A stretch of DNA of 63,834 nt, the filler included, from Intoshia linei (taxonomy: Eukaryota; Animalia; Orthonectida), in assembly GCA_001642005.1 (NCBI GenBank). It is 5 parts of 5 records of this genome, joined end to end, with 100 filler letters (N's around TTAATTAATTAA, not from the genome) between each part and the next. Parts side by side here need not be neighbours in the genome. Positions count along the whole stretch, not along the records: positions 43,467 to 61,843 come from LWCA01000773.1; positions 61,944 to 63,834 come from LWCA01002509.1; 3 more parts are not named here. The stretch is one strand, 5' to 3'. The translations under genes and the position numbers were made by a program. Below are positions 53,805 to 63,834 of this stretch, in pieces; within the stretch, counting starts at the first letter, position 1, and the number at the start of each line of letters is the position of its first letter. The notes beneath the pieces were generated by a model that made no database searches, had not been told where the DNA came from, and saw only the letters and a program-made list of their open reading frames with translations.

Positions 53805-55870
53805 ATGCCTAGTTTTGGTGTTATTTTGTGTTGTGGTATACAATTAATTGGTGGTGGAATACTTTATCTATTTATCAAACGAGAAAAAAAATTTATAGAT
53901 ATTTTAAAGGTATATTATAACAATTATAGTAATAACCCAAACTAGACTATCAAGTTTTTGACAAAATGACCGATAATAACAATGATGTGAACACTTAGGG
54001 TTTATCCTAAATTAGGCCATTAAATCACCACTTTTTTACTATATTAAAATACAAAACCGCCAAACAAGGTGTGTACCTTTTATAAAAGGCGCACACATTA
54101 ATAGATAATATAAGATAAGATATAAGATAAATAATTTTTTTAATTTCTCAATGGTGAATATAATTTTAAATTTTTAAGAAAATGCTGAATTTGTCACAAA
54201 AGATATGGCTTTTTAGTTTAAATGTTTGTGCAGTATCCAGGTTAAACTAGATCCCTAGACATTTCAAAAAGTAGTTCATAATTTACTTGTTAATAACTCA
54301 TTCTCTAACTCGAACGGGCAAATGTCTATATAAACGGGTTATAACAATTATTGATAGTATTTGATCTCTTCTATGCTATATACTACTAATTAGTCTTTAA
54401 AACTGTACGATATTAACAATACATTGAAAAACGATATTTTGAGTAACAATGGATGCATCGAATATGCCGCTATTCGTGGATCTACAGGTTATTTAAATGA
54501 TGATTCCAAAAATTGTGATGATTACGGAAATTTGGTAACTCTATGTAAAAAAGTAGAAAGAAATTTACAAATCAATTCCTATCTAGGTTTCATGTAATTT
54601 CTTTATATTAATGTATTGTTACGATAAAAATTTAGAAATACAATGGATCAAGTCGATTATAAATACAGCTGCTCTGGTTTTGATCTTGTTCCAATGGCGC
54701 CAGATCATTTATTCCATAAAATGACTGGTTGGTGTAATAATATACGTGTGGAAATTGTGTCACCTAGATATTCAAGACTTCTCAAAAGCAGTTTACCAAA
54801 TGTACTTGAAATTGCTATCGATTCATCTGATGATACCGAGTACTTCTTATATTTAATTTAGTATCCCTACAATAGTGCTTCTCAAAGTAATAAACATCGT
54901 GAACCCTTAATGTTATATATCCTCAAAAAAAATTAGAAAAGTGGATTTCTACCCTTAGGATTGATAAACATGGATTTGGTAAAATGGGTTTTTTAGAAAA
55001 AGGGGATTTTTCACTTAAGGGTTGAAAATTTTACCTCAACAACCTTGTTAAATGTGCTTTTCTGCAAAATTTGTCATATCTATAAATTTTGCTAACATCT
55101 GATACACCCGTGATGTCACCCGAAATTTTTTTTAAATTGACTGAATTATGAATTATTGATAAAATATATTTTTTAATTAGGGTTACTTATATCGAGGTAA
55201 ATTTTCATGTTCGCGATGTTACTTATAAAATGGAATACTATATAGTGCATTTTTCAGATTCAAAGGAAAATACACGGAAATGTACGAATTTTTAAAAAAA
55301 ATTGTAAAGTTACTCTTTGGTTACATATTAATTGACACAAAAAAAACGATTGAATCATTATCAATAAATACAAATACCATTGCTATCGGTAAAATTTCTG
55401 CTACAAAACATTCAGATCGACTAGTAATGCAACCATATCAGAATTTACCATATATCATTATTCCTGGAGTTGTCACCTTGTCAGATGTTCAAAATCGCTT
55501 TATACGTAATAATGTTAAACGAAATTTATTTTATTTACTGTGCGTATCATTTTCCTTTACTTTATTTTATTTGCTGAACGAACTATATGATGATTATATG
55601 AATCATTGCCGGTTTAGAGGATTGGAACTATCTGCTGTTTTGACTCCTGACGATGTTCAAAATACTCCTGCTACATCTAATCTAGCAGATATTAATATTA
55701 TAGAATCACAGAAATGTCTCATTTGCTGCACGAATTATCCAAATGTTTTAATACTCAATTGTCGTCATCTTTGTCTGTGTATTAATTGTGTTTACATGTT
55801 ACCTGATCCTTCAAAATGTCCTATGTGTAGGTCTCATGTTGTTAAATTTATGAAAGTATATTTAATGTAA
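53805..55870 (+). CDS. MUL1: Mitochondrial E3 ubiquitin/SUMO ligase MUL1 (MAPL), TM-GIDE-TM-RING
   Basis: Exons 53805-53909 (TM1), 54394-54593 (GCIEYAAIRG), 54636-54839, 55258-55870 (TM2 plus RING CLICC..LNCRHLCLCINC..CPMCR). Confidence 0.8.
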
Positions 55871-56174
55871 ATTATTAAATCATTTTTTTAAACATTATTA
55901 TTAAAGGTTCGCCATAATTATAATTAACCCTTTGATATTTTTCTGATTTTTTATATGAAATTAACAAAAAAAATTTAAAATACAGTATACCCTCTACTAA
56001 GTGAACATTTGAGTGTTCATGATTGTAGAAATGGTGAACAAAAAATGTATTTACATAGTAACCGTAAAATTAAAGTTGATATCACAGTAATGTTTGGATT
56101 ATAAATAATTCATGAAATTGTAATTTTTATAACTAAAAAAATTAAAACCTTATTTTTCATGATGAAAATATGTA

Positions 56175-56350
56175 CAGTAAAATCTCGATTATCTAAACTT
56201 TACAACGTTAAATTTTAGTTTATTTAGAGTTAAATGTAAAGTCAAAATAACTTCTATGATTAAAATATATATTAAATATATTGCAAAAAATATTTTTGGC
56301 TTAAAATTGTTTCTAAATAAACTAAAATATACACAATCGAGATTTTACCG
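56175..56350. mobile_element. Tigger/pogo-type MITE, TA TSD
   Basis: ta|cagtaaaatctcgatt ... aatcgagattttaccg|ta. Confidence 0.8.
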
Positions 56351-57341
56351 TACTCTATGAAATCTCAACTAATACTAATTAATTATATTTGAAAAACAAA
56401 TTCTGTTATTAATTAATATTGGTCGCTTTCACGACCGTAAAAAATGTTTTAATACGTCATATAAAATTCCCCCGCACGGAATAATTTAGTAAAAGGCGAA
56501 ATTGTTACGCGATTATTGCGGTGAAATTAGACTTAATTAATGGTTATCAAAAAATGTCTTATATATAATTATGCGAATAATATTTTATATTTTTTGTAAT
56601 TTGGGATATATCTTGTATACGGACTACTACTAGAAAAATATGTACATTATTTATCACAATCTGGACAAAGCGACTGATTATCTGTATCCGTAATATATAT
56701 ATTCCGAAAAGTAAGTTAAAAATAAATTAACATATTATGTTAATTTTGTTTACATAGTTACTTCGTAATATCACGCAAATTACGTATGCACGACAAAGTT
56801 AGAATCTGACTATTAGATACGAATTTGTGTAACTATAACATATTTAAAGATGGTTATTCTTTATAATTTATTATTTTTTTTGGAGTCTCAACTTCGGATT
56901 AGATTCTAGTATTTTACATTAGAATACAACAGCTTTTCAAATGCCAATCCAAGGACCAATACTGGTCCGTGAAACATTTTTAAAATTGTAAAATTATAAT
57001 AAATGTCGAATACGAAGATTGAGCAAAATGAGATATCATTTAAAAACTATCACTTTAATTGGAAATTTGCAAATATACACTTTGGTGCTTTTTGGATATT
57101 GAAGAAGTTAATTTCGACATTGACATTTTTTTCAATGTGTTAACTGGAAAAGTCTGTATTAGCTAGGATTTCTATAAAATTATAAAACTTGGGTTTTTCA
57201 TTTTTCAAAACAATGTGTATTTCGGTGAGGATTTCAGATAATAAAATGTATATGACAAATCGTAATATTGTCAAAGGTTTTAATTTCACTCAAGTTGAAA
57301 ATCGTAAAATATATTTTTAAAGTAATATTTAATTTTGTAAA

Positions 57342-60300
57342 TTATTCATTTTCCAGTACTTCAAATAGTATAGATTGTGAAATTTGGCATATTTGTACAC
57401 AGGTAAACGTTAACACCAATTGTTTTATTCCAATGGTTTGAGGATCAATGGATACAGTTTTGGATACAATCGAGTAAGGTTCGGTGTCACTAAATGTATC
57501 TTATTTATTTTGTGGTGTATTTAAATAAATTATTTCAAACAAGATCAAAAAATTAACCCTTTACATTAGAATAAAATGGTAAAATCCATACTCTATAGCA
57601 GGGTTTCACAATTAGGCGGGATAGACCCCTTGTGGGTTGACATTAATTTCAGTGGTTAAAAATTATAAATTAATATGAATATAAAAAAATTTAAAATTAA
57701 TTAGAAGGCCATACTTTCCCCAACAGCTCTATCCAAGGCGTTTTACCTTTTATTTTATAAAAATTTTACCTTTGATTGACTGTGATCATGGATTGTATAT
57801 CTGTACATTCATAATTCCATTGACAGTTTGTTAATTGAGCAGGTGATACATTGTTGAACGAAAATGTGCAGTTAAATAAGTTTCCCACAACTATTGTTTT
57901 GGGTATCTAAACTAATAATTATAATGGAAGGTTAAAAGACTCATAACATGCTTGATGCAATTCATGTACTTATAGGGTTTAAAATAATTTGTTCCCTTTG
58001 AAACATTTTATGTTAGAAATGTGGACATTTCAAAAATGTTGACAATTATATCTTTCAAAGTGTATGATGTGATTAAATTTTACCTCTATAGCTATTTCAG
58101 GTGGTAACAATCTAAAATCATCGATTGATGTATAGACAAATTTAGTTTCAACAATTTCAAGAAAATGGTAAATTCGAAAATATAAATGATGTGTCATTTT
58201 ATAAATGTAATCATCGGTTGGAATAACTAGGTTTATTTCACTTCCTTGGATAGGTTTTAGATTTAAATTGTAATCTAAAGATTTAACTTTTGTTGTAATC
58301 GTTCCATCCACGTGTGCTGAGTAAACATTCATTTTCCCCGTCACATTTCTTTGCAAGCTTGTTAGATTTTGAATATATATTGTAATTTCTATGTCTTGGC
58401 CCAAATTTGCTGAGTATGGAGCCAAAATGTGTAATCTCACGTCCTATAACATTAATTAATTAAATATTTCAAATTTTCAATATACAAAACTAATAATAAT
58501 AAAACCATATTAAAAATCTTAAACTCTAGGTCAGGGAGTTCCAAGTGGGCGATATCGCCCCAGGAGGCGGCGTTTTTAAAAAAATGATTTAGTACTAGTC
58601 ACTATTACATAATAATATTGATTTGGCGTTGATTAATTTTTTCGTTGTAAGAGGAGATTTTTTATCGAATACTTCACAAATATAAATACAAAAAATTTGA
58701 TACACAGCACCTTCTAAAATTTGTCAAAAAATGGAAAATGAATACATTTTAAATTTAATGTACTTCATAAACCATTTTATTGCAACAATTATCACTAAAA
58801 TAACTAAGTATTGATAATTTATTGATTATGTTTCATTATGAAAAAAAACTCATTAAATTTAATTTAACATTAACACAATTAATAATAATAAATAATATAA
58901 AATCTTAAAAATTAACTTGAATATTAAAATTTTTCAAATCAGAAAGCCGCATTTTCCCATCTTTGCAATGAACCCATGTATAATGTAATTTTTGTATTTT
59001 ATTATTAATCTATATTGTGTATTTAAATACCTGTTTAGTGTTCAGTATGTCCGGTGACGTTAAATTCCAATCTTTCGTGTTCAAATTTGCAGTCATTTCT
59101 TTATCGGAATCTGTGATTAAATGTTAAATGAATAAAAATCAAATTTGTGATATTTCATCAGTGGTGTAGCACGACTTTTCTAGCAGGGTGTGCCGGAATA
59201 ATTCCATGACAACCTAACATTTTTTAAAGATACTTAACACATAATATGAACTCAATTAAAATTCTAGAACTTAGCTATTTAATATTTTATGTTAATATTA
59301 ATGTTAATAAAATATTAAAAAATAAATAAATACCAAAGTGCTTTTTTGACCGTGAAGGCATCACTTTGTGAGCATAAATTTTTTTATTAACATTAGTAAA
59401 TTATTATTTGTAAATTAATTCATTCTAAGGGAGTTAATTATATCAAATTTTTCAGACTTTGCCAGATTAAATTTTGTCTGTATGTTAAATGGATACAACG
59501 GTATCATCTGTAATTTTTTTTAAAATCTAGGGCGGTTTATATTTTTTAAAGAAAGGATAATATGGTATTTTTTGAGGTTGCCATTTATGATAATGCTTAT
59601 GATTTTAAAAACTATCCCAGAACTTATGCTGTATATAATTCTAGGTCATTTTTCATTTTTACATAAAAGGGTAATTTGTGGTTTTGACCGTGAAGATGTA
59701 AGATTTTAAAATTAAAAATTATAATTCATATACAACAAAACGAGCCATGTTTTGCAGCAAATCAGCAAAATCATCAAGTAAAGCAAATACATGTAATGTA
59801 CAGCAAATGGATTATGCAAAATATTGATTGAGGGCATGTCTAGTCGCATTAAAGCATGTATTGCTGCTGAGGGTGGTACAACAAAATACTAATAATATAA
59901 TCTTACTAATAAATATATTTATTGAACATTGATATCAATTTAAACACTTCTAATTAACAATTAGCAATAATTTTTCTTATACTGCATATCAGTGGTTCCC
60001 AAAAAATATATTTTCGACCCCCCTAACAGTATAATAATATTTTTAGAGAAAATCAATTAGTACAAAATAGTGAATATGTTTATTATATTATTATAACATC
60101 GATTAAAAAAGTGTTATCTTTTAATATTAATATTACTGGTTTTATTTTCGTTATAAATCATACTTTAATATAGTTGACACCCTAGTTATTAGGGCCTAGT
60201 ACACTAACAATTTTAAATTTATGATTGTTCTTTTTTGTTTATATACGTGTTATTGTCTTGTAAGGGTTAATAACATTTAAATTTATTATAATCTAAAATT

Positions 60301-60853
60301 AATCCGAATTTCATGAATATATTAATTAAATATCAAATACTAAATCAAATTAATGTTAACGATTCTAATTTAATTTTAAATTTTTTCTTAAATCTGCAGC
60401 CCACCCTCAGACTCTGGTGGGCCAATACCCCCATTTGGAATTCACTGATATACAGTGTATATCATATTTTTTTATAATTCTAGAACTCGTTTGATTTTTT
60501 AATAAAAGGATAATTGGGTTTTTGACCTTAAAGGCTCAATTTCTGAAAATCAAATTTGCGATAAAACATCAATCTCGAAAAATTGCAATAGAAATATGGA
60601 ATTTTAAAAATTTTTAACTCGACTCCTCTTACTTTGTTAAATAAACTGTAACAGACAAACAGTTTTAACTAAATTACTTTCTACTTGTATGTATAAGTAA
60701 GGATTTAAAATCCACTGACATAAAGGAGTAACTACTTTAGACAGTTGAATTTGAAAAATTCCATTGTAAAAAAATTACCAATATCATTTTTGTAATTAGT
60801 AACTACATTGGTAAGTTTGTTCCGTATAACTGTAGAAATTGTTTCAGCAATTC
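57342..60853 (-). CDS. Transglutaminase-like protein, C-terminal part (end of core plus two beta-barrels)
   Basis: Exons ~60853-60778 (IAETISTV..NVVTNYK, like IGxxISTK..DITxxYK), ~59111-59032, 58443-58083 (LGQDIEITIYIQN..DDFRLLPPEIAIE), ~57907-57770 (FSFNN..LTNCQW), ~57490-57342 (GIKQLVLTF). The catalytic exons were not identified. Confidence 0.6.
59465..60703 (-). mobile_element. Degenerate Helitron-like copy interrupted by other insertions
   Basis: 59465-59720 and 60470-60703 match the 1-383/5642-6131 family. A|TCC end at 60703. Confidence 0.5.
59812..59985 (+). mobile_element. Tc1 transposase C-terminal remnant
   Basis: LCKILIEGMSSRIKACIAAEGGTTKY* at 59812-59892. Confidence 0.75.
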
Positions 60854-61843
60854 TAAATATTCATAATTAATCTAATTACACACATTAATCGTATCGTATA
60901 CGTCGAACTAAGTAATGTAAATTATTCATTATAACAAGATGGCCACTATTTTTCAGCTCTGGTCAAATCAAAATTATTTCAACTCTAATCAGAGCAAATA
61001 CAGATACTGTATAAAATATTCATTAATATCAATTATTGTTATTATAATAACAATAAACGAAATTATTCGATTCACCGAACTGATTGTAGTAGTGTATTAT
61101 ATATTTTTATCATTATTATTTACTTAAATAATGAATTCATAAATATTAAAATATAAATCAAAAATGAGTGCAACATCTCGTTGGTCAGATGAAAATTCTC
61201 GACTGATCCTACTGTGCACTGCACAGTAGGGTGGTTTAAAAACAAGAAAATTTTTGAAATTGAGAAAATACTTTTGATATTTTGATAAGGGTGGTAAATA
61301 ATGATCATTGGCAAAAAAATTTATTCGATTCGAATAATTTTCCTTTGTCACCTGAGCAGGGGAAATCTATAATATAGTATTTTATAATATAAATATTTCA
61401 ATGGTAACCATGAAAATTAATTAACTAATATTAATTAAAAGTTCATTCATTAGTGAAATTATCCATTAGGCATAAAAAAATAATTCGATTCCATTAAATT
61501 TCCATCGCCAACCGAACAAGGGAATAATCAATATTATAGAATTTGTATAATATTAATATTTAAATGATAGCCATGAAAATCAAGTGACGATTATTAATTA
61601 AAACAATAATCCAATGGGTGACAAAGGCAAAGATTCATTTTATGAAAAAGTAAATTAAAAATAATAGTCGTATCGATTCGAAAGACTAAGGTTTTTTAAC
61701 AGAAAATGTGATTTTTTATAGATTTTAAAATTTGGATTAAAATTGAAATAAAATGTATTATAAATAAAAAAAGATCAACAAATGTTTCCTAATTTTAATT
61801 TATATAATTGTTAAATTTCATAATACATCTGTTAACACATAAT

Positions 61844-61943
61844 NNNNNNNNNNNNNNNNNNNNNNNNNNNNNNNNNNNNNNNNNNNNTTAATTAATTAAN
61901 NNNNNNNNNNNNNNNNNNNNNNNNNNNNNNNNNNNNNNNNNNN
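61844..61943. other. Scaffold gap
   Basis: N run with TTAATTAATTAA linker. Confidence 0.97.
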
Positions 61944-63149
61944 AAATTGAAATGTATCATGGATAAATTTTCAAAAACGGGGGCAAAATAATTTTTTAAT
62001 ATAAAAAAGTGGCCTACGAGATGCAAATGATTGCCGACTCCTGTTATATGGTGGACTTAAAAATATTATGCATTTCAAGACTACTTATGACGAATTACCA
62101 GTACCGAACCTATCGTATCAAAGATCGCTCTTCGAAAAGACCTCGACTATATTTATGTAAAATAGGGGCCTCAATTTACTACATTGAGAATTAAAAAAAT
62201 TCTAGAATATCCTAACTAATTTTTTTGTCAACTCAATAGCCTCGGTAGATAGCTTGCGTTATATGACACTATAATTCATAAGAATTTTTTTTAAAAATCC
62301 TATGTGTCATTTCAGGGTGCCCATGAGCTTGATAGGTTTGACTTTGAGCATTACTCTTCCATTTTGGGAATATTGGCAAGATAAAGGTATAATGACAAGT
62401 TAAATAAATAAAATATTACATAAAACAAGTTTAATATACATTTATAAAATACAAATATTCATTCTTCTTCGAAGTTGGGTAATAAAATCCACAATACTAA
62501 TTTCTACTTTTTTTTTAAGTGTTGGAAAAGTTAAGAAAACATAAATATTTTTTTCAAGTCTTGTATGAATTGTTGACTTCATTCCATTGCTCTATAAAAA
62601 GAATATATAACCGTCATGTGCAACAATAGTTAACGTGATGTAATGTCTAATGAGAAACGACAAAGTAGCATCGGCGTGTAGTGGCGAAATGGTTTGGGTA
62701 GACCGGGTATAAAATATGTATACTAGGGCTGTTCAAAAAAAAATCCATGGTCATACCATATACTTCAAAGTGTGTAATAACTTATGTGCCTATTAAAAAT
62801 GGTCAATTTTTTAAAAATGTGTGCCCTAAATCAATTTATATCTTTAAAAGTATATATAAAATGTAAGGTTTATTTTTAAATATTTCAACGGTAACTAGCG
62901 TAACAATTCTATTTACATTCATTTATTTATTCGTTTATAAAAATTTTATAATAATGAATAAGTTAAGTGATTTATCTCGATTGGCAACTAAAATTAATAC
63001 ATTAGAAAGATATGCATTTCTATTTCACACTACCAAATCCGTTAATGATCGAATTGATTTGATTTCTGATGAATTGATATTTTTATAGAAAAAATGTCGA
63101 ATTAAAACAATTACATTGAATTCAATAAAGCGTAGATTATTACAATTAA

Positions 63150-63834
63150 TAACAAGAAGATGATTATTTAGAATTTTTTAATCTTACCAATGCGTACTTA
63201 ACACAAAGATCAGAAAACAAAAATCCTATCATTAAATTCAAGTATCCTGGGCCAATATCAAATGCGAGATGGAATGCAAAAGCAATTTATGCAGTAAAGG
63301 CATATTTGTTAGGAATACGTAACTCAAAAATGATTGAAGCATGCGATTTTATATGTTATTATTGGGTGAAATCCTTATTGACTTGTAGGTAAACCTAATT
63401 TTCATTATAAAATAGAAATAATTATAATAATTTTAAATATTCAGATATAGCCGATTGGGGTGAATTAGACAGTTTTTTAGATGGAAAATATGTTTCAGCT
63501 AGTAAATGTATTCGTCGACACTGGAATGTGAAATCAAAGCCTATGAAGGTAGCATTTCTAATTAGGTATCGGAACGCGTTCTTGCACAAATGGAAATCTT
63601 AAGAACAACAGTTTGAACTGATCAAAAATTAGAGTTAAAACTTTTGTCAAAATTCANAGACAGTTTTTTAGATGGAAAATATGTTTCAGCTAGTAAATGT
63701 ATTCGTCGACACTGGAATGTGAAATCAAAGCCTATGAAGGTAGCATTTACTAATGAGGTATCGGAACGCGCTTGCTCTTTCACAAATGGAAATCTTAAGA
63801 ACAACAGTTCGAACTGATCAAAAATTAGAGTTAA
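63150..63834 (+). mobile_element. Degenerate transposase-like sequence (DDY..PG..ARW..KAIY family)
   Basis: QEDDYLEF, FKYPGPISNARWNAKAIYAVKAYLLG and TNEVSERA recall the RDDY / PGxxxxARWMxKAIY / NDxAER motifs of a widespread invertebrate transposase-like family. Confidence 0.5.

Noticed and set aside
63467-63834. ~190-bp direct repeat as satellite or CRISPR-like array
   Set aside because: Only two copies joined at a single N, most likely a contig-overlap or haplotype artefact. No spacer structure, and the sequence is eukaryotic.
1-63834. tRNA, rRNA, CRISPR or prokaryotic defence systems
   Set aside because: None recognisable by eye. A tRNAscan-SE/Infernal run would be needed to exclude small RNAs.

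Overview
AT-rich, intron-containing animal (metazoan) nuclear DNA, not prokaryotic. Genes are split by many 34-55 nt GT-AG introns, plus a few kb-scale introns full of transposon debris. This fits a compact, fast-evolving invertebrate genome (an orthonectid such as Intoshia is my guess, not proven). Manually spliced genes, left to right: the 3' part of an Abp1/DBNL/cortactin-type SH3 protein with a repeated exon module; a PIN4 (parvulin-14) pseudogene head-to-head with a miniature AF10/AF17 PZP gene; RB1CC1/FIP200 (Atg11); GCM; an insulin/IGF receptor whose introns hold a Gypsy remnant and a complete antisense CSAD/GADL1-type decarboxylase; an SLC22 pseudogene plus its intact paralogue; a POLR3C-like gene divergent from RECQL5; MUL1; and the 3' part of a transglutaminase-like gene. 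Mobile DNA includes a Helitron-like non-autonomous family, hAT elements with 8-bp TSDs, TA-flanked MITEs, Tc1 and Tigger remnants, and Gypsy remnants with ~120-bp LTRs. There are four 100-bp scaffold gaps. I found no convincing wholly new system. The best leads are the insulin-receptor locus (nested decarboxylase, Cys-rich N-terminal extension, non-canonical processing site), the PZP-only AF10 and the Helitron-like family. All exon models were read by eye and need RNA confirmation.
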